Assembly: GCA_045541535.1 (NCBI GenBank)
Contig: JAZQJG010000034.1
Span: 13,780 to 77,779 of the forward strand
Source of the DNA: Eubacteriales bacterium
Lineage (GTDB): Bacteria; Bacillota; Clostridia; Oscillospirales; QAKW01
Length of the DNA: 64,000 bases
Direction: 5' to 3'
The notes beneath the pieces are model-generated. The model was not told where the DNA came from and searched no databases. It worked only from the letters and a program-made list of their open reading frames with translations. Below, in pieces: positions 9,053 to 17,740 of this stretch; positions within the stretch are counted from its first letter, which is position 1, and each line of letters begins with the position of its first letter. Made by a program: the position numbers and the translations under genes.

Positions 9053-10258
9053 CTAACTATAAATAAAGTTTACCGACGGGAAGTAAGGTAAGGGATTCAC
9101 GTATTCTCCGTTGACCAAAATTTCAAAATGAAGATGGGGACCGGTAGAATAGCCGGTGGACCCAACCTTACCGATGATCTGCCCCTGGGTTACGGTACTT
9201 CCGACGGAGGTCATCAAGGTGCTCATATGAGCATAGAGCGTTGCCGTTCCGTCCCCATGATTGATCAGGCAATAATTGCCGTATGCGCGGTGCGAGCCGC
9301 CTTTCAGTACCGTTCCGCTCTTGGAAGCATAAATACTGGCTCCATAAATGCCGCTACCGGCAATATCCACACCGGTATGAAGCTTATAAACACCTGTGGT
9401 GGGATGCACGCGGTTGCCAAAAGGACTGGTGATGATTCTCCACTTGGTATCCAGAGGATACAAAAATCCGTCAGATACGGGAATGTTGGCATTGCCGGAA
9501 TCGGGATTCCGATTGGCTTCGGCGAGCTGTTTACGAATCTCGGCCTGCAGTTCCGCCTCCAAACGCTCCACTTCCTCCAGCATAGTGCTCAGCTCATCTT
9601 CTTTTTCATTAAAGCTGTCCACCATAGCGTCGCTGGCGGCTTGCTTGGTATTCAAAACGTTTTCTTTGCTTTTGAGTGCATCGGTGACTGCCTGCTGTTT
9701 TTGCTGCTTGTCTTGAATGCTCTGCTGAGTGCTTTCAATTGCCTCTTTACTCTCTTTGAGTTTTTTGATCATACTTCTTTGATAAGACATGATCTCACTG
9801 ACGATCTCAAGCCGGGTAATGAATTCACGGATGCTACCGGAGGACAAAATGATCTCAATATTGGAAACCGTTCCGCCTTCATAGGCCAGGCGAATATAAT
9901 CCTTGGACTGCTCAAAGGCTTCGGCATATTCGTCACTCACTTCATCCAGACGGTCATTTGCTTGCTCCAGTTCGTCATTCAAAGTATTGAGTTGCTTATT
10001 TGCAATGTCAATTTCTTCACGAACTGTGTTGATCTGTTTATCGATGATTTCTTTCTTTTCAAGTTCAGAATCACGCTTGTTCTCGATTTTATTCAGTTCT
10101 TTTTCCAGACGTTCCCGTTCTTTTTGGAGGTCTGCAAGATCACCCGACAAATCCGAACTTTCAGCAGAAACGTAAGGAACGACAATATAGGCCGCCGTGC
10201 CGAGAATGATCAGAACGATCAAAACCATCGCCACAATGGAACGAATATTAAATTTCAT
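9053..10258 (-). CDS. M23 family metallopeptidase with long N-terminal coiled coil (EnvC/PcsB-like FtsEX partner)
   Basis: 401 aa. Signal anchor, ~230 aa of heptad-rich E/K/Q sequence, and a LytM domain with intact HTGVD (HxxxD) and HLHFE (HxH) motifs. Confidence 0.85.
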   Translation of the reverse strand: MKFNIRSIVAMVLIVLIILGTAAYIVVPYVSAESSDLSGDLADLQKERERLEKELNKIENKRDSELEKKEIIDKQINTVREEIDIANKQLNTLNDELEQANDRLDEVSDEYAEAFEQSKDYIRLAYEGGTVSNIEIILSSGSIREFITRLEIVSEIMSYQRSMIKKLKESKEAIESTQQSIQDKQQKQQAVTDALKSKENVLNTKQAASDAMVDSFNEKEDELSTMLEEVERLEAELQAEIRKQLAEANRNPDSGNANIPVSDGFLYPLDTKWRIITSPFGNRVHPTTGVYKLHTGVDIAGSGIYGASIYASKSGTVLKGGSHRAYGNYCLINHGDGTATLYAHMSTLMTSVGSTVTQGQIIGKVGSTGYSTGPHLHFEILVNGEYVNPLPYFPSVNFIYS

Positions 10259-10276
10259 ACGTCTCTCCTTTCCGGA

Positions 10277-11167
10277 TCAGGCATCCAAATATTTGCGAAT
10301 AGAGGTGATACTGCCGAACACACCGACAACAACACCGATTACGCCAAAGATTACGATTATGTGTAAATACAGCTCTGAGAACGGCACCAATTGAATGAAA
10401 CTGATACCCTCAAACAAAGACCTGAGCAAATAGGTGTAGATGTACCACTGCAATCCAAAGCAGATTGCGCCGGCCACAACACCAATAAACAAGCCTTCAA
10501 AAATAAAGGGCCAGCGAATAAACCAATTGGTAGCGCCAACGTACTTCATAATACTGATTTCCGTACGGCGGTTATACATAGCAATTTTGATGGTGTTGGA
10601 AATAATGAAAAGAGATACCAACCCCAAAATCAACATAATCCAAACGCCAAGGATGCTGATCACCTTACGAAGGGAAATCAAAACGCTTACGATCTCCTGC
10701 GTATCCCGTACACGACCGATTTCTTCCATACCGGAAACTTCGGCGGAAACGGAATTAAACAAATTGAGATCGCCCACGGTTATGACAAAAGAATTGCGAA
10801 GGGGATTGTTTTCGTCAGTAAAGGAATCCAAATAACTGCCATCCTCCCCTAACGTTTCGCGGTAATCCTCCAGTGCTTCGTCTTTTGTGACAAAATCAAC
10901 GGTCTCAACGCCGTTGATTGCCTCAATCCGAACTTTAAGCGATTGATATTCCTCTTCAGGAACCTCATCTTCAATAAAAGCAACGATCTCGTTTTGCTGC
11001 TCGATCTGCAACATAAAATTAGATACGTTCTGCGAAAACAGATAAGCCGTACCGATGATGATCATACAGGCAACCAACACAGAAACGGAAGCGGTGGTCA
11101 TCATCAAATGCTTTCTCATCCCTCGGAACGCAGAACCGATAATATATCCTAAACTAGAATTCTTCAT
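10277..11167 (-). CDS. ftsX: cell division permease-like protein FtsX
   Basis: 296 aa. One TM helix, an extracellular loop domain and three C-terminal TM helices. Overlaps the ftsE stop by 14 nt. Confidence 0.85.
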   Translation of the reverse strand: MKNSSLGYIIGSAFRGMRKHLMMTTASVSVLVACMIIIGTAYLFSQNVSNFMLQIEQQNEIVAFIEDEVPEEEYQSLKVRIEAINGVETVDFVTKDEALEDYRETLGEDGSYLDSFTDENNPLRNSFVITVGDLNLFNSVSAEVSGMEEIGRVRDTQEIVSVLISLRKVISILGVWIMLILGLVSLFIISNTIKIAMYNRRTEISIMKYVGATNWFIRWPFIFEGLFIGVVAGAICFGLQWYIYTYLLRSLFEGISFIQLVPFSELYLHIIVIFGVIGVVVGVFGSITSIRKYLDA

Positions 11168-11843
11168 GGATTACATACCCGCCTGTCTGATCTCCGATGA
11201 TCTTGCCGTCCTGTAACGTGATTACTCGCTTATTAAAACGATCAACCAACCCTTTATCATGCGTTACCACGATTACGGTGGTACCCATCTTGTTGATCTC
11301 AATCAAGAGCTCCATAATTTCCTGTGCCATTGTGGGGTCAACGTTACCGGTGGGCTCATCGGCAATGATCATACTGGGATTATTTACAAGTGCACGCGCC
11401 AATGCAACACGCTGTTGTTCGCCGCCGGAAAGCTCGTTTGGATAATTCTTGGCCTTATGCCCCAAACGAACAATACCCAAAACGTAAGGAACTCTGCGAC
11501 GGATTACACGGCGGGATGCACCGATCACCCGCATTGAAAACGCCACGTTTTCAAACACGGTCATTGAATCAATCAAACGGAAATCTTGAAAAACGACACC
11601 CATGGTGCGGCGCAGATAAGGAATCTTGCGACGACGGATCTTTGTCAGATCATAGTCACCGATGGTAACCTTACCGGCGGTGGGTTTATCTTCACACATC
11701 AGCATTTTGATCACGGTACTTTTACCGGCACCGGATTTGCCGACGATGAAAACAAATTCACCATCTTCAATCTTGAAGTTAACACCGTTGAGCGCATTGG
11801 TTCCGTTTGGATACATTTTATATACGTCATCAAAAATGATCAT
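11154..11843 (-). CDS. ftsE: cell division ATP-binding protein FtsE
   Basis: 229 aa. Walker A GKSGAGKST, ABC signature LSGGEQQR, Walker B IIADEPTG. Confidence 0.9.
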   Translation of the reverse strand: MIIFDDVYKMYPNGTNALNGVNFKIEDGEFVFIVGKSGAGKSTVIKMLMCEDKPTAGKVTIGDYDLTKIRRRKIPYLRRTMGVVFQDFRLIDSMTVFENVAFSMRVIGASRRVIRRRVPYVLGIVRLGHKAKNYPNELSGGEQQRVALARALVNNPSMIIADEPTGNVDPTMAQEIMELLIEINKMGTTVIVVTHDKGLVDRFNKRVITLQDGKIIGDQTGGYVIHEEF

Positions 11844-11855
11844 AAAAACGGCTCC

Positions 11856-12941
11856 TTAAAACTTGGTGGGATTGGCCACCAGATAACGTCTTACCATTAA
11901 CGCTACCTTAAAAACAATTGCATGGTCAAATTTTCTCAAATCAAGGCCGGTCAATTTGCGAATCTTTTCCAAACGATAGACCAGCGTGTTTCTATGTACG
12001 AAAAGTTTTCTGGAGGTTTCGGAAACGTTCAGGTTATTTTCAAAGAATTTTTGAATAGTAAACAGAGTTTCATAGTCCAGCGACTCAATAGAGCCCTTCT
12101 TGAACACTTCCGACAAAAACATTTCGCAAAGAGTGGTCGGCAACTGATAGATCAAACGGCCGATTCCCAAATTATCATAGGAAATAATAAATTTCTCAGT
12201 GTCAAATACCTTGCCAACTTCCAGAGCCACCTGAGCCTCCTTAAAGGTTCTGGGCAGATCCTTTACGTTGTCAACAATAGTACCGATGCCGATATAAGCC
12301 TTGAGATACAGCTCACTACCCAAGATATCAATAATACTCTTGGCCAGTTTTTCAAGATCTTTATTATCGTTAGAGCTTTTTACTTCTTTTACAAGCACCA
12401 AATCGGTTTCATTTACGTTAATAATGAAATCCTTTTGCTTTTCGGGAAACAGACCTTGCAGGATATCAAATGCGGAAACGTCACTCTTATCGGACAATCT
12501 GATCAGCATTGCCACACGAAAAGCTTCCGTCTCAAAATGAAGCTCCTTAGACTTGATATAAATATCGCCGGGCAGAATGTTGTCCAAAATAACGTTTTTA
12601 ACAAAATTGTTTTTGTCGTATTTTTCGTCAAAATACTGCTTTGTGTTGGCCAGAGTGATCGCGACGACAGACACAAATTTTGCCGCAAGCTCGTCAGTGC
12701 CTTCAACAAAAGCTACGTACTCCAATCCGGATTTGGAATCCAACGGCTTAAAGGTATAACCTCCGTCAGTAACGCATTCCATAGACGCAGTGATAGAAGG
12801 GATGACGTTTTCAAAGGTCTCCCCTATTTTAATCAAATCACTGCAAGAAACAATGGCTCCGTTTTCGTCAATAACACCGACGACACGGTCGATAGACTCC
12901 TTGAGTTGGTATACAATTCCTTGAAAAAATCTATTAGACAT
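11856..12941 (-). CDS. PucR/CdaR-family transcriptional regulator
   Basis: 361 aa. C-terminal PucR-type HTH (...NLNVSETSRKLFVHRNTLVYRLEKIRKLTGLD...). The stop codon lies inside the RBS of ftsE (12-nt gap). Confidence 0.7.
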   Translation of the reverse strand: MSNRFFQGIVYQLKESIDRVVGVIDENGAIVSCSDLIKIGETFENVIPSITASMECVTDGGYTFKPLDSKSGLEYVAFVEGTDELAAKFVSVVAITLANTKQYFDEKYDKNNFVKNVILDNILPGDIYIKSKELHFETEAFRVAMLIRLSDKSDVSAFDILQGLFPEKQKDFIINVNETDLVLVKEVKSSNDNKDLEKLAKSIIDILGSELYLKAYIGIGTIVDNVKDLPRTFKEAQVALEVGKVFDTEKFIISYDNLGIGRLIYQLPTTLCEMFLSEVFKKGSIESLDYETLFTIQKFFENNLNVSETSRKLFVHRNTLVYRLEKIRKLTGLDLRKFDHAIVFKVALMVRRYLVANPTKF

Positions 12942-12969
12942 TTCGGTACCCCCAAAAGTTTATATCTCT

Positions 12970-12998
12970 ATCTTACACCATTTCCTTTACTATTTCAA
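12970..12998 (-). promoter_or_regulatory. candidate sigma-A promoter for the pucR-like/ftsEX operon
   Basis: Minus strand: TTGAAA (12998-12993), 17-nt spacer, TAAGAT (12975-12970). About 30 nt upstream of ATG 12941. Confidence 0.4.
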
Positions 12999-13092
12999 CA
13001 ATTTTTTTGATTTTTTTTGTTAATTTTGCACAACGAAGTTTAAAAAAACTAAAAAAAGTGGATTTTTTTGTGTAGTTTCACTACAAATGTAT

Positions 13093-13911
13093 TTAATCAA
13101 ATTGCTTGTTGTATTCATCGTCCCGCTTGATTTTGGTACGATAAGCAATCAAAACACTCACCGCCATCAAAAGATCAAGCGCAATACATAGTACAGCCAT
13201 CATAGTGTGTGACATTTTGAACATATTCAAAAAAATAAACAAGTCGATTACGCCGACCAAGGAAATGATCCACGCAAAAAAACCAAAAAAACTGGCCCAA
13301 AACGGTATATTCGCTTTTGCAATACGGTTAAGAAGCATTGCAACACAAACCACCGAAAACAATAAGCTCAGCATTGCTACCGCGTAAGAAACGTGCCCCC
13401 AAATAGGCGACAACACGAAGATATTCGTATCAGGCTCAAAAAGAAAAGCTTGTTTTACCGTATCAAAAGATAAAAGAGAACGGAAGCAAACCATTATCAA
13501 AAGTTGCGCAAACATATAAAACGCATATATACCCAACAAAGTCACGCCGGCACAACCGAATCCCGAAAAAAAGCCAAGGCATTCGTGTGTTGCCTGACGC
13601 TTGACGTAAAGCCTCATCGCAAATACCCACAGCAGCACGGCGATCAACACTGTAATCAAAGATACGATCGTAACACGATAGACGGCAGTATTGTAATAAT
13701 CGGCCACACCGTCACGGATGGTCAAATGATATTTTAGCAGCAAAAAATAAGCAACGGCCGCTACAACAAACACAGCTAAGCCGATCCAGAAATGTAAGCC
13801 TATGATTTTGACGTTTTTCTTTTTTGCATACAAGCCGCCTACGGCAGGGATTCCGAAGCAAAGTAAAAAAGTAAGGAAATAAACAAGAAGTGCAACAGAA
13901 ATCTTCATCAA
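13093..13911 (-). CDS. hypothetical polytopic membrane protein
   Basis: 272 aa with ~7-8 hydrophobic helices. The start overlaps the upstream gene's stop (ATGA). No confident family assignment. Confidence 0.55.
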   Translation of the reverse strand: MMKISVALLVYFLTFLLCFGIPAVGGLYAKKKNVKIIGLHFWIGLAVFVVAAVAYFLLLKYHLTIRDGVADYYNTAVYRVTIVSLITVLIAVLLWVFAMRLYVKRQATHECLGFFSGFGCAGVTLLGIYAFYMFAQLLIMVCFRSLLSFDTVKQAFLFEPDTNIFVLSPIWGHVSYAVAMLSLLFSVVCVAMLLNRIAKANIPFWASFFGFFAWIISLVGVIDLFIFLNMFKMSHTMMAVLCIALDLLMAVSVLIAYRTKIKRDDEYNKQFD

Positions 13912-14585
13912 AATCCCCCTTCCCTATTTTTATAGTTAGGCAAATAAGCAATAAAGAGTCCACCTACAATCAAAAACACTATTGCCTTGGCCGCGATGGT
14001 CAGTACAACGGAACTGTTGAAGGCCATCAATAAAAACATAGACAAATAGTACAGGCCTCCTACGGCAATAAAGGCGAAATTATTCTGCTTGATCAGCTCG
14101 TACGCCACATAGGAAATGCCAAGTTGAATCAAAATATCAATCAGCAGCATAATGGCCATATCCACAGATATAGAATAATCTTGATTCATCACGGACATCA
14201 CAACGAAAAAGGCGTACTCGCCCAACGAAACACCCACACCGAAGGACAAGCCGGAAAGAGCAGGCTTATCATTCTTTTCGGAGGGCCGTAGAATCAAATA
14301 ACGGAAGAATTCACCAACAACCAATGCTACAGCCATCATAGCGGCAAACACGCCAATCAAAAATGAATCAGATAACGTGCTGTTGGTTTGCGGAAAGGCG
14401 CCAACAATGATCATTAATGATATTGCCGCTCCGCCAAAGGCAATCACGATATCAAACAAGCCCAAAAAGACCATGGAAAGAGAAAAGTCGGCAGTTCTAC
14501 GAGCAAAAATCACCCACAAGGCGACCAACACGTAAGGTAAGCCCGCCAAAGCTAACAAAAGGATCTGTTGAACAGACAACATCAA
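13908..14585 (-). CDS. hypothetical polytopic membrane protein (possible degenerate YhfC/CPBP-like intramembrane protease fold)
   Basis: 225 aa with ~7 helices. Segments VGEFFRY and GVSLGEY weakly recall the EExxR and GHGGxE motifs of YhfC-type proteins. This comes from memory only. Confidence 0.5.
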   Translation of the reverse strand: MMLSVQQILLLALAGLPYVLVALWVIFARRTADFSLSMVFLGLFDIVIAFGGAAISLMIIVGAFPQTNSTLSDSFLIGVFAAMMAVALVVGEFFRYLILRPSEKNDKPALSGLSFGVGVSLGEYAFFVVMSVMNQDYSISVDMAIMLLIDILIQLGISYVAYELIKQNNFAFIAVGGLYYLSMFLLMAFNSSVVLTIAAKAIVFLIVGGLFIAYLPNYKNREGGF

Positions 14586-15449
14586 TTATTCCTCCTCAAT
14601 TCCGCCGGCCTTCAGAGCAGCGGTCATAGTGTTTTTCATCAACATTGCAATGGTCATCGGTCCTACGCCGCCGGGAACGGGGGTAATAAACGATGCTTTT
14701 TCAGCCACTTTGTCAAAGCAGACGTCACCGCACAGTTTGCCATCGGCATCCCGATTGATGCCAACGTCAATAACCACAGCACCGGGACGGACCATATCGG
14801 CCGTCACAAAACCGGCTCTGCCCACGGCCGCCACCAAAACATCCGCCTCTCGCGTAATGGCAGAGAGATCGGTTGTTTTGGAATGACAAATGGTTACCGT
14901 AGCGTTTTTGTGAAGCATCAGCATTGCCTGCGGCTTGCCCACGATATCACTTCTTCCGATAATCACACAATGCTTGCCTGTCACGTCAATACCGGAACGC
15001 TCCAACAGCTCCATCACGCCGGCGGGCGTGCAAGGTAAAAAATCAAAATTACCGGTCATAATTTTACCTACGTTAACAGGATGAAATGCATCCACGTCTT
15101 TTTCGGGTAAAATGCGATCGATCACGACCTGCTTGTCCAGATGACGCGGAAGCGGTAACTGAACTAAAATACCGTGAATGCGATCGTCGGCATTCAATTG
15201 ATCCAGTAAAGCCAGCAATTCTTCTTGCGTAGTTTCCTCCGGTAAAGTATAGCCTACCGAATGATAGCCGAGCAATTCACAGGTTTTGGTTTTATTACGA
15301 ACGTAAGTTTGCGATGCGGGGTCGTCTCCTACCAAAATCACCGCAAGCCCGGGAACAATGCCTTTTTTCTTCAATTCAATCGTACGCAACCGAAGTTCTT
15401 CTTTAATTTGAGTACTGATCAGTTTTCCGTCAATGATCTGAGCTTTCAT
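14586..15449 (-). CDS. folD: bifunctional methylenetetrahydrofolate dehydrogenase/methenyl-THF cyclohydrolase
   Basis: ORF 14586..15485. Start placed at ATG 15449 (AGGAGGG RBS), giving MKAQIIDGKLIS.... C-terminal PVPGGVGPMT motif. Confidence 0.92.
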   Translation of the reverse strand: MKAQIIDGKLISTQIKEELRLRTIELKKKGIVPGLAVILVGDDPASQTYVRNKTKTCELLGYHSVGYTLPEETTQEELLALLDQLNADDRIHGILVQLPLPRHLDKQVVIDRILPEKDVDAFHPVNVGKIMTGNFDFLPCTPAGVMELLERSGIDVTGKHCVIIGRSDIVGKPQAMLMLHKNATVTICHSKTTDLSAITREADVLVAAVGRAGFVTADMVRPGAVVIDVGINRDADGKLCGDVCFDKVAEKASFITPVPGGVGPMTIAMLMKNTMTAALKAGGIEEE

Positions 15450-16446
15450 TCGGGTCACCCTCCTGCTGTTCGTCCAGTTTGTCAAACACTTGTTTCATCA
15501 CGTATTCATCCTCAGATATTCCGGCATCATCTTCCAATTCTTCGGCAAACTGGGAACTGTATTTTTCTTCCTGCCGCCGCATCGCCTGCTCGGAGCGAAG
15601 CTTGTGAAGTTCTTTCAGCGACATGGTCTTTTCGACCTCAGTGCTCTCAAAATGCACCGAAGTCTTTACAAACCGGAAAAATATCCAAGCCGCCAAAGAA
15701 AGAACAACGGCACATACGGCGATCATCTGATTGATCTTAATAGCTCCTGCGGTCAGTTGAAATTCAACATCACGCAAGCCCTCCATCCAGGCTCTGCCCA
15801 AACCGTACCATCCGGTGTACCACAAAAACACTTCGCCCCTGAATTTACGTTGATCAAGGAAAGCCAAAATCAGCACGAAACCGATCAGATTCCACAATGC
15901 CTCATACAAAAACAAAGGATGAACGTATTCCGTGATACCGTTCACACCAATTCCCATTCTCCACGGCAGATTGGTCTGAACACCGTATACCTCAACGTTA
16001 AAGAAATTGCCGAAACGACCGATGATTTGACCAATCAAAATGCCGCTACCGGCAAGGTCAAGAACGTTGAACATATTGATTTTTTTAATAAGGCAAGTGA
16101 TAACGATTGCAAGAAAAGCAGCTATCAAACCACCATAAATAGACAGACCACCGTTCCAAATGGAAATCATTGATTTAAAGGTGGGAAAATTTTTAAGATC
16201 CATCAGTATGTAGCCCACACGGGCACCCAAAAGGCCGGCAGGGACACAGATCAAAACCAAGTCAAGAAAATCATCGTTATTTAGACCAAAATACTTTGCT
16301 TTTTTTTCTCCGTAAATAAACGCCAGAATGAGCCCCAAACAAATGCAAATAGCATACCATTTGATTGAAAAACCGCCAATAGAAAATGCATTGGAGTCAA
16401 TGGTAAATTCACCGATACCGAGACCGGGAAAAGAAATACTGTTCAT
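15430..16446 (-). CDS. lgt: prolipoprotein diacylglyceryl transferase with ~70-aa acidic C-terminal extension
   Basis: 338 aa. Lgt signature IGRFGNFFNVEVYG and a multi-TM core. The 3' end overlaps the folD start by 20 nt. Confidence 0.9.
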   Translation of the reverse strand: MNSISFPGLGIGEFTIDSNAFSIGGFSIKWYAICICLGLILAFIYGEKKAKYFGLNNDDFLDLVLICVPAGLLGARVGYILMDLKNFPTFKSMISIWNGGLSIYGGLIAAFLAIVITCLIKKINMFNVLDLAGSGILIGQIIGRFGNFFNVEVYGVQTNLPWRMGIGVNGITEYVHPLFLYEALWNLIGFVLILAFLDQRKFRGEVFLWYTGWYGLGRAWMEGLRDVEFQLTAGAIKINQMIAVCAVVLSLAAWIFFRFVKTSVHFESTEVEKTMSLKELHKLRSEQAMRRQEEKYSSQFAEELEDDAGISEDEYVMKQVFDKLDEQQEGDPNESSDH

Positions 16447-16450
16447 AAAC

Positions 16451-17740
16451 TTACACCTCTTTTTTAGGATGGATTACGCTCAAGGCGATGCGATCGGAAC
16501 GCAAAAGTTCCTTGCCAGCCGCAATCACGTCTTCCGGCTTGATTTCCTGTACGGCGCGCAATAAAGAAAAGACGTCACCATCCATCAAACGCGCGGCCAC
16601 AAACCGATTAACGACACTCTCTGCATTATCAAGACTGCGGATCATATCGCCGTACATTGCATTACGTACCCGATAAAAATCTTCCTTCTTGATGGTAGAA
16701 GCATCAAACGTATCACAAATTCGGGCAATCTCATCGCGAACGGTTTCCGGCGTATCGCTCTCCCCTGCAAACAGCAAAAAGCCAAAGCCTACGCCACTCT
16801 CATAATCTACGGCAAATTCGGGATTCAGTACACCTTTTTGATACAGTTGGTTAAAGAAGACGCTGGATTCTCCGAAAAGAAGATTCATAAGAATTTTAAC
16901 CGACATCTCATGCTCAGCCCATGCGTCGCCCAATAAGTCACAATGATTATCCTTTATGCCAATAAAAAACTGTGTTTTGGACACGTCCATTGATTTAGAA
17001 ACAGAAGGAACAAAAATATCTTCCGGCTCGGAGATATCTTTTTGAACGATCTCGTCACTCTCCTCCACGGGCAATTGCCGATCACATACCTCAAGAATCT
17101 TATCAAGATCCAGATCACCGGCAATACACAACGTCAAGTTGGCATTATTGTAAAAAACCTTATAGCAATCATACAATGTTTGATCGGTGATAGCCGAAAT
17201 GCTTTCTACCGTACCCGCAATATCAACGCGTACGGGATGCTCGGTATACAGAGCCTGCACCAAAGAAATATAGCCCTGCCAGGACGGCTCGTCGTCGTAC
17301 ATACGAATTTCCTGGCCGATAATTCCCTTCTCCTTTTCCACGTTTTCAGGAGTGAAATACGGATGCTTTACAAATCTGAGTAAAATGTCCAGAGACTCAT
17401 AAAAGTGGTCGGAAGAAACGAAGTAATATGCCGTACGATCATTGGAAGTATAGGCATTGGCTTTAGCGCCCGTTCGGGCGTAGAAGTCAAATGCGTTTCC
17501 TTGAGGGCCTTCAAACAACTTATGCTCCAAAAAATGAGCAATGCCGTCGGGAACGCACATCCACTCGTCGGATTGATACTTTTGAAACTCACGATTGATG
17601 GATCCAAATTTAGTGGCGATCATTGCGGCCGCCTTACTCTTACCGGGCATAGGATAATAATACAAGATCACACCGGAAGGATGCGAAATACGATAATACT
17701 TTCCTTCTGCATTTTTATAAGCAACGCATTGTGTTTTCAT
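16451..17740 (-). CDS. M16 family (pitrilysin-type) zinc peptidase, catalytic subunit
   Basis: 429 aa. Inverted zinc motif HFLEH (GIAHFLEHKLFEG). Confidence 0.8.
   Translation of the reverse strand: MKTQCVAYKNAEGKYYRISHPSGVILYYYPMPGKSKAAAMIATKFGSINREFQKYQSDEWMCVPDGIAHFLEHKLFEGPQGNAFDFYARTGAKANAYTSNDRTAYYFVSSDHFYESLDILLRFVKHPYFTPENVEKEKGIIGQEIRMYDDEPSWQGYISLVQALYTEHPVRVDIAGTVESISAITDQTLYDCYKVFYNNANLTLCIAGDLDLDKILEVCDRQLPVEESDEIVQKDISEPEDIFVPSVSKSMDVSKTQFFIGIKDNHCDLLGDAWAEHEMSVKILMNLLFGESSVFFNQLYQKGVLNPEFAVDYESGVGFGFLLFAGESDTPETVRDEIARICDTFDASTIKKEDFYRVRNAMYGDMIRSLDNAESVVNRFVAARLMDGDVFSLLRAVQEIKPEDVIAAGKELLRSDRIALSVIHPKKEV

Noticed and set aside
9128-13010. Long plus-strand ORFs (412 aa at 9128..10366; 362 aa at 11922..13010) opposite the M23 peptidase and PucR-type genes
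   Set aside because: The minus-strand frames carry diagnostic motifs (HxxxD/HxH, HTH). The plus-strand products are low-complexity with no RBS.
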